Below are positions 1 through 8,259 of a stretch of 64,000 nt of DNA, one piece after another. The notes below the pieces were generated by a model. That model ran no database searches. It saw nothing but the letters and a program-made list of their open reading frames with translations, and had not been told where the DNA came from. The translations under genes were made by a program, and so were the position numbers. Every line of letters starts with the position of its first letter. The first letter of the stretch is position 1. The DNA lies in the IMG/VR virus record IMGVR_UViG_3300009111_000005, positions 1 through 64,000 of that record. One strand, 5' to 3'. This DNA comes from a virus. Its lineage: Duplodnaviria; Caudoviricetes.

Positions 1-24
1 ACGAGTAGAAAGGAGACTCAGACC

Positions 25-567
25 GTGAAGACTTACCAAGGCCGTCGCATCCCCGGAAAGTGCATCGTGACCATCGCACCTGGCGGAAGAACGATCAGCG
101 CGCGTCTCGATCTCGTGGCGCACAGCTCTCATGGCCTCGACTGGGGCGAGAAGGGCAAACCAGAAGGCCGGATGCAGCTCGCGCTCGCGATCCTCGCAGA
201 CCACTTCGACAAGGACGCGCTCGCGGTTGACCTACACAACGCGTTTGCGCGGGATGTGGTCTCCGCATTCGAACGCGATGGCTTCTCGTTGACGACGCTC
301 CAGGTCGACGCTTGGCTAGGCAAACGCCGCGGGGAAGACCCCAAGGTGCGCTGTCCGGACTGCGGTGCGTCTGAGGCACTGAACATCGCGAGCTACACGG
401 TGCTCGATGCGAACACGCCGCTGCGTCTCCTGTTCGACGGAAATGGGATTGCGATAGGGTTCGATATCACAAGCCCTACCGATCCCAGCTACGGTGACGT
501 GGTGTGCCAATGCACACGTTGCCAGCATACGATGCCCCTCACGCGTGTGATGGAGGCACACCAATAA
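25..567 (+). CDS. DUF6166-like phage protein with C-terminal Zn ribbon
   Basis: RLDLVAHSSHGLDWG...QLALAILADH resembles DUF6166; CPDC...CTRC; AGGAG RBS. Confidence 0.6.
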   Translation: MKTYQGRRIPGKCIVTIAPGGRTISARLDLVAHSSHGLDWGEKGKPEGRMQLALAILADHFDKDALAVDLHNAFARDVVSAFERDGFSLTTLQVDAWLGKRRGEDPKVRCPDCGASEALNIASYTVLDANTPLRLLFDGNGIAIGFDITSPTDPSYGDVVCQCTRCQHTMPLTRVMEAHQ

Positions 568-578
568 AGGAGTGTTTC

Positions 579-896
579 ATGAAACGTCGCTACAAGCTCT
601 GCCTCAGCTTCGATATCTGTGTCACCGCCCAAACAACCGATCTCACACCTGACGAAGAAGCGCTTCTGCGCTTGCAGAGTGTCTTCGACCTCGATGATCA
701 CGGACGCGCCGACATGCATGGCGAAAGCGTCATGCATCACCTCGAGCAGGCCCTCGCGTGGGCGCTCACGACGCGGACCACGCACGAGTCTGCCAGGATC
801 AAGGCGCGTCTCCAACCCATGCCCGCGCAAGGCAAGTGCATCGAACCCCTCGTCACGGTGGACTGCTTCCTCACCACGGGCGAAGGGGAGAAGTGA
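579..896 (+). CDS. hypothetical protein
   Basis: AAGGAG RBS before ATG 579; stop overlaps next start. Confidence 0.6.
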   Translation: MKRRYKLCLSFDICVTAQTTDLTPDEEALLRLQSVFDLDDHGRADMHGESVMHHLEQALAWALTTRTTHESARIKARLQPMPAQGKCIEPLVTVDCFLTTGEGEK

Positions 897-1285
897 TGGC
901 CACCCGCACCAAGAAGCCTAAGCCAACACCGGGTAGCTGGGGCATGAAGGGTAGAATTCGTACGGGTAAAGGTACCCGCATGGACTACGAAGCCCCTGAC
1001 CTTTGCGAAGACGTAGGCAGTGCCGCTCTCAGGGCCATCACCCAAGCTATGATGAGCCGTCCCACACAGAACTTCGCAACGGTCGCCATTCTCGAGGAGA
1101 ACTGGCTGAAGAAGTACAGTGCGATAGACCTCGATCTTCTTCGCCAAGGTGACGAACCGCCCGAGTTCGATTTGACGGTGTTCCACCACGGCAAAGTCTA
1201 TTTGTGGCGTGTGCAGATTCGCGCGGAGAAAGAGGAAGAGAATCCGCAAGCACTGTCCACAAACATCGAGATCAAGCGGTCATGA
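896..1285 (+). CDS. hypothetical protein
   Basis: TGATG coupling upstream, ATGA coupling downstream. Confidence 0.6.
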   Translation: MATRTKKPKPTPGSWGMKGRIRTGKGTRMDYEAPDLCEDVGSAALRAITQAMMSRPTQNFATVAILEENWLKKYSAIDLDLLRQGDEPPEFDLTVFHHGKVYLWRVQIRAEKEEENPQALSTNIEIKRS

Positions 1286-1854
1286 CCGAAGAAGAACTTC
1301 GACAAGATGACTGGGCGCTGCACCAGTTGATCTACAGCATCATCGTCGCGGGCAAGTCTGCGGAGTTCGCGCGAGCGTCGATTCAGCGCTTGTTTCAGCA
1401 CATCGGAACGTACAACCTGCGGGCGTCAATCGCACACTGGATAACCGAAGGTGTGCTCCGCATGAACCTCGAGCACGGACGCACGGGGAACTACACCAAG
1501 CTCGAGCGCGCGATACGGCACATCATCGACACAGAACTGGACCCCGTGCACTGCACCCTCAGTGACCTCGAAGCGGTCCCTGGCATTGGGCCAAAGACCG
1601 CACGGTTCTTCCTGCTGTGGACGCGTCCCACGGAATCTCGCTACGCCGCACTGGACGTGCACGTCCTCCGTTGGCTCCGTTCGCTGGGCTATGCTGCGCC
1701 TCGCCAAACGCCTGCGAACCGAAAGAAGTACGCAGAACTCGAGACCATTGTTCTCAAAGAAGCAGAGAAGCGTGGTTTGACCCCCGCACAGCTCGATGCG
1801 GAAATCTGGGAGGCTGGACGTCGTGCCTACGAAGAAAAAAGAACGGGCACCTGA
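1282..1854 (+). CDS. HhH-GPD DNA glycosylase/lyase (Ogg-like)
   Basis: HhH motif LEAVPGIGPKTA, catalytic ALDVHV, C-terminal LDAEIW. Confidence 0.8.
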   Translation: MTEEELRQDDWALHQLIYSIIVAGKSAEFARASIQRLFQHIGTYNLRASIAHWITEGVLRMNLEHGRTGNYTKLERAIRHIIDTELDPVHCTLSDLEAVPGIGPKTARFFLLWTRPTESRYAALDVHVLRWLRSLGYAAPRQTPANRKKYAELETIVLKEAEKRGLTPAQLDAEIWEAGRRAYEEKRTGT

Positions 1855-1876
1855 AGTACTCACCTGTCTCAAGCAC

Positions 1877-2296
1877 ATGGAAGAATACGATCCGGAGGGG
1901 GCCCGACTCGCAACGGAGCGCGTGTGGAGTGAATTCGCTGAGGCCGCGGGCGTCACCGTCGCGCGTCTGAAGCTCGCCTACCGCCGCGTCGCCTGGGATG
2001 GCTACTATGGCCCCGTGGACGACGAAGCGTGGGAAGCGTGTGACGGCGAAGGCATGCCGATGGTGGACGCGAAGAAGATCCTACACGCCGCACTAGACCA
2101 TCAGCCCGACGTACGCTACACGCATCCCGATGTGGGATGTCTCTGCGAGGGTATCACGCACTGTTCGCACCCAGACCACCGTGAGTTCAACGATAACGGT
2201 CCACTCTTCCACGAGGAAGAGATCACCATGGACCCGGAGATCATCAAGCGAGATTGCTTCAGAGCGATTCGCGAGATCTACGGAGGATGGATTTAA
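1877..2296 (+). CDS. hypothetical protein
   Basis: ORF tiles between neighbours; start uncertain. Confidence 0.55.
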   Translation: MEEYDPEGARLATERVWSEFAEAAGVTVARLKLAYRRVAWDGYYGPVDDEAWEACDGEGMPMVDAKKILHAALDHQPDVRYTHPDVGCLCEGITHCSHPDHREFNDNGPLFHEEEITMDPEIIKRDCFRAIREIYGGWI

Positions 2297-2298
2297 CC

Positions 2299-3057
2299 AT
2301 GCCGATGACGAGAGCAGAAGCAGTTTGCGCCCTGAACAACATCCTGACGCTCGTCGAAGAACTCGATGAGCTTCTCACTGAGAAAGGTCGCAGCGACTAC
2401 GCAACCAGTGTCACCGATCGCATGACCTCAATGCGCACGTTCGTGCTCAACGAATGGCGCGGGAACACGATCACGGAGAAAATGGACGCAGCCATACGCA
2501 ACACCTGGGAAGGCCTCCGCAAGTGGGACCACGACCACATGCACACCGATGAGCTGTTCGGTGGGCTCGCGGACGTGATGATGGAGCTGCAAGCGAGTGC
2601 TCCTGCTGCGGAGAGTGCGCAGGAGCCCACGGGCGCTGAACGCCCCGTGATGAAGAAGCAGAAGGGTCGCGAGGCGACGGACGAGACCATGCCGGGCGGC
2701 GCGATGCAGCTCCCCGAACAAACGACCGCACCTGCTGCCCCGAAGGGCACGACAGCACCGAGCGCTTCTGCGCCCCGTCAGAGCAAGGGCGACGCCAAGC
2801 TTCCCTCGACGGATGACGTACAGCTCCTTGATCGTGAACTCGTGGTGCGTGCTCGCGAGAAGGTGCTAGGGCTTGTACGCGGCCAAGTCGAAGAGAAGAA
2901 GCTCTCCCTCGTAGACACCAAGATCATCGCCCACGCAGACTTGGCGTGGCTGCTCAACCAAACGACGAGCGATCGGACCCGGCAGCTCATCACAGCGGCA
3001 TTTTACGCGGGAAAGACCGCGGGAGTGCACGCTCTGTCGCAGAACCTACTCGAATAA
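2299..3057 (+). CDS. hypothetical protein
   Basis: GGAGG RBS; long ORF with Pro/Ala-rich linker. Confidence 0.65.
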   Translation: MPMTRAEAVCALNNILTLVEELDELLTEKGRSDYATSVTDRMTSMRTFVLNEWRGNTITEKMDAAIRNTWEGLRKWDHDHMHTDELFGGLADVMMELQASAPAAESAQEPTGAERPVMKKQKGREATDETMPGGAMQLPEQTTAPAAPKGTTAPSASAPRQSKGDAKLPSTDDVQLLDRELVVRAREKVLGLVRGQVEEKKLSLVDTKIIAHADLAWLLNQTTSDRTRQLITAAFYAGKTAGVHALSQNLLE

Positions 3058-3067
3058 GTATTCGATC

Positions 3068-3520
3068 ATGACGTGCAAGCAGTGTCCCTTTCACCTCGTG
3101 TGCGCGATGGGTCGTCTCGGGCTTCCCTATCCTGTTCGTCTCTGCCCCAAGTGCAAAGACATGTGCTTCGTGGTGGAAGTGCCCACAGGCAACTCGCATC
3201 CACCCGACGCACATGTCTTTCACTTTCAGTGCGAGAAGCGGCAGATACCTTCGCCCTGTCAGCGCGACTACGATCACATCCTATCGCAAGGTCCCTCGAA
3301 GTTCCTGTCCGTGACCAATGTGCCCATGGAGACAGGGCCGCATCGATTCTCGATGAACATCGAAGATCCCGTGGGTACACAGCGGCTGCTACAAGTCCGG
3401 CTCTGCATCGCGTGTCTAGGCCAGATGCCCGAAGGTCACGTATACTCGAAGGTGTACATGCATCAGCTCGACAACGAGCCTGATACGTGGGGACGCGGAT
3501 GGTTCGATGCTGTGCCGTGA
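3068..3520 (+). CDS. Cys-rich protein (CxxCPxxLxC family)
   Basis: CKQCPFHLVC...CPKC. Confidence 0.65.
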   Translation: MTCKQCPFHLVCAMGRLGLPYPVRLCPKCKDMCFVVEVPTGNSHPPDAHVFHFQCEKRQIPSPCQRDYDHILSQGPSKFLSVTNVPMETGPHRFSMNIEDPVGTQRLLQVRLCIACLGQMPEGHVYSKVYMHQLDNEPDTWGRGWFDAVP

Positions 3521-3941
3521 TTGTCGCTTCAGTCTCGTCTGTGTCGCAGGCCGGTTGGGTTACGGTCAACGCGAGCCTGGTAGCGTTACGCTTTGTCCCA
3601 CGTGCCGGCGTCTCATCGTGACGCTCGCATCAGACATCGAAGAAGAGGAGAACACCATCTTCGCGTTTCAGTGTGAGAAGCGCACGGTCACGCCCGAAAT
3701 CAAGCTTCGATGGGCAAAACAAAAAGAGGCAGCTGCGAAGGCCGAACATCAGCGAGTGATGAGCTTCCTCATTCCCGACCCAGGACCAGGACTGCGTGTA
3801 TCACAAAACCGCCTGCTCATCAGTGAGTGTGTCCTTTGTTCTCACTTCATGTCACGGTTGCCGGGAGTCCAGTTTCGTGATCTCGACGAAGAAGCCCAGC
3901 TCCGGGACGAGTCCGCGGAGCATGCATTCAAGCTCCGATGA
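3507..3941 (+). CDS. Cys-rich protein (CxxCPxxLxC family)
   Basis: CRDCRFSLVC...CPTC. Confidence 0.65.
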   Translation: MLCRDCRFSLVCVAGRLGYGQREPGSVTLCPTCRRLIVTLASDIEEEENTIFAFQCEKRTVTPEIKLRWAKQKEAAAKAEHQRVMSFLIPDPGPGLRVSQNRLLISECVLCSHFMSRLPGVQFRDLDEEAQLRDESAEHAFKLR

Positions 3942-4266
3942 GTACCTCGCGAAAGTAAAGCATTCGCTCTGTCGGCACTGTCCCCTCTCGCTCGTGTGCA
4001 TGATGAGCGAACCCTTTCGAACGACCGAGATGTACTGGTGCAAAAAGTGTCAGGGCTGGTGGTTCCCGGAGAATGATCTGCTCATTCGGTGCACAGAGCT
4101 GCGCGTAGGCCCTGCGCGCATGGTTCCTGTTGGTCCAAGAGCGCAACATCGCCAAATCCACATTCGCAAGATGCAACCAAGTGTTGATGACTGCCCAAAC
4201 TGCAACTCGAAAGGCGAAGACCCGCTCACGGTCTTCGAAGGGTACAACGAAGCGCACGAAGCGTGA
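3922..4266 (+). CDS. Cys-rich protein (CxxCPxxLxC family)
   Basis: CRHCPLSLVC...CKKC; GGAG RBS before ATG 3922. Confidence 0.6.
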   Translation: MHSSSDEYLAKVKHSLCRHCPLSLVCMMSEPFRTTEMYWCKKCQGWWFPENDLLIRCTELRVGPARMVPVGPRAQHRQIHIRKMQPSVDDCPNCNSKGEDPLTVFEGYNEAHEA

Positions 4267-4690
4267 TTCTTCGAAGAGGAAACCCGATTGTCGCACCTGT
4301 GGCCTCTGCTGCATCTGCACGCAGAACCAAGATCGGTTCTGCGATGTAACTGCGGACGATGAAAAACGTCTCGGTGCACAACTTAGCCGTAAGTATGTCA
4401 TCCACACGTCCATCTTCGAGCAGGCCTGCTGCATGCTCGATGGCCGCAGATTCCCTGATGGGGCGCTCGCGACGAAGGGGGTCACAATGAAAAGAGGTCC
4501 CGCAAAGGACTTCGCCTTCTGCGCGTGCGTGTTCCTCGACGGCACACTACTTGAAAAAGTGAAGTGCCGGGTCTACGATCGCCGTCCCGCTGTGTGCCGT
4601 ACGGCTATGATACCTGGTGAGAAAGCGTGTCTCAATCTACGGAAACTCTATGAGCGAGGTCTCCTGGACGCTGAGAAAAACGTTGGCTGA
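4187..4690 (+). CDS. YkgJ-family cysteine-cluster protein
   Basis: CRTCGLCC...CVFL...CRVYDRRPAVCR; start uncertain. Confidence 0.75.
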   Translation: MTAQTATRKAKTRSRSSKGTTKRTKRDSSKRKPDCRTCGLCCICTQNQDRFCDVTADDEKRLGAQLSRKYVIHTSIFEQACCMLDGRRFPDGALATKGVTMKRGPAKDFAFCACVFLDGTLLEKVKCRVYDRRPAVCRTAMIPGEKACLNLRKLYERGLLDAEKNVG

Positions 4691-4991
4691 TCTGCGGGCA
4701 ACTCTCTACGAACGCCGAGGTGAACATCTTCTTTGCCACGGCTGTGCACTACAACTGGTCTGCTTCATGAAGCGCGTTCCTACGCATCGCGAACGACCTT
4801 GGTGTGACACGTGCGCAGGCGTAGTCTACGAAGAAGAGAAACTCATCGTGCGCTGTCGCATCTTTTTTCCAAGTACGTTGACCAAGCGGCACTTGGTGCG
4901 ATGTCCAAACTGCTACAAAGCAAGTTCGGACTTCAAAACCTATCGCATCGTGCAGAACAACTTTCACAAACTGGACCACACCGTCGGATGA
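4650..4991 (+). CDS. Cys-rich protein (CxxCPxxLxC family)
   Basis: CHGCALQLVC...CDTC; start may be TTG 4683. Confidence 0.6.
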   Translation: MSEVSWTLRKTLADLRATLYERRGEHLLCHGCALQLVCFMKRVPTHRERPWCDTCAGVVYEEEKLIVRCRIFFPSTLTKRHLVRCPNCYKASSDFKTYRIVQNNFHKLDHTVG

Positions 4992-5950
4992 CACTCTACG
5001 CGGCTCACAAAATCACGTTGCGATTGCTTGAAGAGCACGACCTGTGCGTGTTGCAGCGCCCCACGTACGAAGAGGTGTGGAAGAGAACGCGACCCTGGGC
5101 ACGCGCGTATGGCGTCGTCATTGAGTGCAGGACGCCGCTCGAGTACTGGGATGCGCTGCCCGACGATGTCGCCCAGGCAAAGATCAACGCGCTGCGTGCG
5201 AGGTGGCTGTGTAAACGGACGAACGCATTCGACAAACCGCTGTGGCTCGAGTGGGATAAGACGCGGAAGCTCTTCTGCGCCCCGGAGCATATCGAAGCGT
5301 GCAAGAACGAGAGCTGGCCGCACATCGGTATCGACTTCGTCCGAGAACATCTTCAAGTCCAGGCCACAGACTGGATGACCTTTGAAAAGCCCCCCGTCGG
5401 GATCATGCCGACGTGGGGCAAGCCTCGCTTCATGCCCACCACGTACGAACTGCAAGCTGAGATGCCACGAGAAGAACCTCCCGCGCTACCTACGCGGGTC
5501 ATCATCTACACGAACGAGCGCGGTTGTGGGCACTGCCCCGCGTCCCTCGCGTGCATCCGTGGACACGCGCTTGCGTACCCATCCTCGTTCTATTTCACGA
5601 TGTGCCCGCGCTGCCATTGTCTGCATTTCACCGCGAACGAACACCGCGGTGGCCCTATCTACCTCTGTGCAATTCTGCGCTCGCGTGGCAACGATGCGGA
5701 GTACGCCGTGCGTCGCGCCGTCTTTGGTCCCGAGACACGCGGGTTACTCACGTCGGATCGATCATGCATCACGCGTTGGCAGACCGTCGCAGACTTCGAG
5801 GCGCGCGGGCCCAACAAGGTCATGCCGATGCACTGGTCGATGCGTCGCGGCAACAGAGAGCAAGCTGGTTATCTCATTGCATCCTACGACTGCGTGGACC
5901 TTCTCCAAGAGCTGTCCGCAACCGAAGACATTCCTCTTGTGGTGTACTGA
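4988..5950 (+). CDS. two-domain protein with C-terminal CxxCPxxLxC module
   Basis: CGHCPASLAC...CPRC; ATGA overlap. Confidence 0.65.
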   Translation: MTLYAAHKITLRLLEEHDLCVLQRPTYEEVWKRTRPWARAYGVVIECRTPLEYWDALPDDVAQAKINALRARWLCKRTNAFDKPLWLEWDKTRKLFCAPEHIEACKNESWPHIGIDFVREHLQVQATDWMTFEKPPVGIMPTWGKPRFMPTTYELQAEMPREEPPALPTRVIIYTNERGCGHCPASLACIRGHALAYPSSFYFTMCPRCHCLHFTANEHRGGPIYLCAILRSRGNDAEYAVRRAVFGPETRGLLTSDRSCITRWQTVADFEARGPNKVMPMHWSMRRGNREQAGYLIASYDCVDLLQELSATEDIPLVVY

Positions 5951-6249
5951 TGAAGATGAAAGCGCTCGTTGAAAACATCGACGAGATACGCGAGAAACGT
6001 GGCTTTCTCCCTGAGTGCATGCAGTGCCCTTTGCAGCTCACGTGTGCTACGCGACGGACACCCAACGTGCTGTGGTGTCCCACGTGCAAGATGTACTGGA
6101 GCACCGTTCTGGGCAGCCGGATTGACTGTGATGCACTAGAACCTCGTGTGGCGCTCGACATGGGCGCGTGTCCGTGCACATGGAAAGGAACGCCATGCCG
6201 AACGGACATCGTTCGCGGAGTACAGCTTTTTGATCGCGCTAAAGACTGA
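5950..6249 (+). CDS. Cys-rich protein (CxxCPxxLxC family)
   Basis: CMQCPLQLTC...CPTC; TGATG overlap. Confidence 0.65.
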   Translation: MKMKALVENIDEIREKRGFLPECMQCPLQLTCATRRTPNVLWCPTCKMYWSTVLGSRIDCDALEPRVALDMGACPCTWKGTPCRTDIVRGVQLFDRAKD

Positions 6250-6658
6250 GGCTGCGTGTGGCCACTGTCCGCTCTCGTTTCATTGTCTGCGAGGGAAATC
6301 CATCATTGTCGAGTGCGCCACATCGAACGGCGTCCGGCGCAACTTCTTTGGCATAGCTGTGTGTCGACGCTGCTACTGCGTGTTCTTCCGCTGGCAAAGC
6401 GAACGATTTGTGTGCGGATTACTGCGTAAAGGACAGCACGCCCTCGCCGCTGCGGTAGGCGCACGCGGTCCTGCGGCGGTGAAGTATGCGTTGGGCGGAG
6501 AACGCATCAACTTGATGACGGGAAGCTGCGCAAAGCAGTTTCCGCGACCCCACCTCTACACTCCAGGTGCTGCTGCACAATTCGCGGTTTCGATCGGAGG
6601 TGGGGATGCACACGACTGTTTCGACGTTTTCGAGAACTCCATTGATGCCGCCTACTAA
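6230..6658 (+). CDS. Cys-rich protein (CxxCPxxLxC family)
   Basis: CGHCPLSFHC...CRRC; start uncertain. Confidence 0.55.
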   Translation: MIALKTEAACGHCPLSFHCLRGKSIIVECATSNGVRRNFFGIAVCRRCYCVFFRWQSERFVCGLLRKGQHALAAAVGARGPAAVKYALGGERINLMTGSCAKQFPRPHLYTPGAAAQFAVSIGGGDAHDCFDVFENSIDAAY

Positions 6659-6690
6659 CTTATGCGAGCATAGCGCACCAACAGAAAGGC

Positions 6691-6993
6691 ATGAACATGG
6701 ACAAGAAGGAAGAGAAGAAGGAAGAGCGCCCACTGGACACGACCACCAACGAGCAAGCCCGCGAACGCGGTGTCGAGATCGTGGGTCACCAGCTGTGGCG
6801 CACCGTCGTCAAGGCCTGGGACAAGAAAGCCGGCTGGATGAAGAGCACCAAGGCGCTCGAGATCCCTGGGCTCGGTGTGCTCGTACAGGTCACCACGAAA
6901 GAAGGTTCCTCTCTCGCCGAAGCGACGTGCTTCGTCATCGGTGCCACGCTTCAGGACATGGGCGACGGTACCTACTCCATCACGAGGCCCTAG
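6691..6993 (+). CDS. conserved phage hypothetical protein
   Basis: GWMKSTKALEIPGLGVLVQVTT motif recognised from phage hypotheticals. Confidence 0.65.
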   Translation: MNMDKKEEKKEERPLDTTTNEQARERGVEIVGHQLWRTVVKAWDKKAGWMKSTKALEIPGLGVLVQVTTKEGSSLAEATCFVIGATLQDMGDGTYSITRP

Positions 6994-6999
6994 CGCCGA

Positions 7000-7248
7000 A
7001 TGGGCGTGTTCGCCTACGACCCAGACTGTCTGCGGGGTAGAGCTGTCCCTGGGACCTGGCGACACTGGGTGTACATGCAGGACCAGAAGACCGTCGCCAT
7101 CATCTGTCCTGCGTGTCAACGCGCGTTGTGCTTGCCCACGCACACGGTATCCAACACTGGCGCAGTGTCGCCTTCCGTCGTCTGTACTCATCCCGGTTGC
7201 ACCTTTCATGCGTTCATCACGCTGAAGGACTACTCTCCTCATGGCTGA
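7000..7248 (+). CDS. small Zn-finger protein
   Basis: CPAC...H...PSVVC...CTFH. Confidence 0.6.
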   Translation: MGVFAYDPDCLRGRAVPGTWRHWVYMQDQKTVAIICPACQRALCLPTHTVSNTGAVSPSVVCTHPGCTFHAFITLKDYSPHG

Positions 7249-7606
7249 ACCCAAAGCTGACTGGCCTCAGGGTTCGTGGGTTGAGATCAACCTGCGCTCC
7301 AACGAAGAGACCTGGGGCCACGATCCCAATCGGTACATCGCACGCTGCATGACTGGCGGCACGTGGCCCATGCTCGAGGTGGTGTGCGACGATGACCTCA
7401 CCGCACGGCATCCCAAATTCCAAGAACCTCTCTTCGAAGGCGACTACGTGATTTGGCGCATCGTGCGCAACGCGGATGGTTCAGTGCCTCCACCACCCAC
7501 GTACAAGTACGTCGCCCACACGCCACGCGAACCTGAACAGATCGTTGTTCGCCCCGAAGACCTGCGCAGGCGTCGTCGGAAGCGCAAGTCTTCACGTAAA
7601 AAATAA
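7241..7606 (+). CDS. hypothetical protein with basic C-terminus
   Basis: overlaps upstream stop; ends RRRRRKRKSSRKK. Confidence 0.6.
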   Translation: MAEPKADWPQGSWVEINLRSNEETWGHDPNRYIARCMTGGTWPMLEVVCDDDLTARHPKFQEPLFEGDYVIWRIVRNADGSVPPPPTYKYVAHTPREPEQIVVRPEDLRRRRRKRKSSRKK

Positions 7607-7625
7607 GCACATTTCTTGGTACAAG
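7598..7625 (+). promoter_or_regulatory. putative phage promoter AAAAA-N14-GGTACAAG
   Basis: same spacing at 25201, 25554, 28288, 33481 and 57784, all intergenic. Confidence 0.65.
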
Positions 7626-7630
7626 TAATT

Positions 7631-8207
7631 GGTCCAGAAGATACGCAAGTATCATCTGGCCTCGTATAACGCGGGCTGCGCCGAAGCCCACGCTATGCGG
7701 TGATAGCACCGGACCTCCGGGTCGTAGCCGGAGCGGCACATGATTCTGGGCACGCGCCCTCAGTGCCCCTGGGATGTACAGCGCCCCCGACGTTATTCGG
7801 GGAGGGTAGTGCTCTGCACTAGGCAGGGGCTTCGCACGGGATACCACCTCCACCCGATGCGGAGTTTCACCAGGCTGATAGAAAAGCAGGACCACGTCGC
7901 CTGGCGTGGGGAGGTAGGGTGCGGCCCACGGCAGACCTCTAGCCGGGCCGTGACGTCGCACCCGGGGCTTCTCCGAGCCCGCCCAACCGGCCTTCGCTAG
8001 AGGGTGCCAAGGATCGCAGTCGCTCCCAAAGGGAGATGACCGATGTTGCGAGAACCTGGCGCAATGAGCACGAGGGCAAAGAGGAGATAGGACGTCGCGC
8101 CCGAAAGCGTCGACCGCATTGGGACACCACGTACGGGTCCTCGCCATCCCTGGTAAGGCGTGAACCGGGAAACAACAGAGGAACTGAGAATCGTTCTCTG
8201 TTGTTTT
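7631..8207 (+). ncRNA. candidate large structured ncRNA (~575 nt)
   Basis: no credible ORF; promoter upstream; more than 10 hairpins including GATAC-GCAA-GTATC; terminator at end. Confidence 0.55.
8170..8207 (+). terminator. intrinsic terminator-like hairpin
   Basis: AACAACAGAGGAAC / GTTCTCTGTTGTT followed by T residues. Confidence 0.55.
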
Positions 8208-8259
8208 GCTTCGACGTCAGAAACGGATACCCAAAACCGTCTCAATGAAAGGAGACACC

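Noticed and set aside
8225-8232. Isolated GGATACCC copies (8225, 57922) as remote array units
   Set aside because: Single 8-mers without the partner repeat or periodicity; expected by chance or as part of RBS regions.
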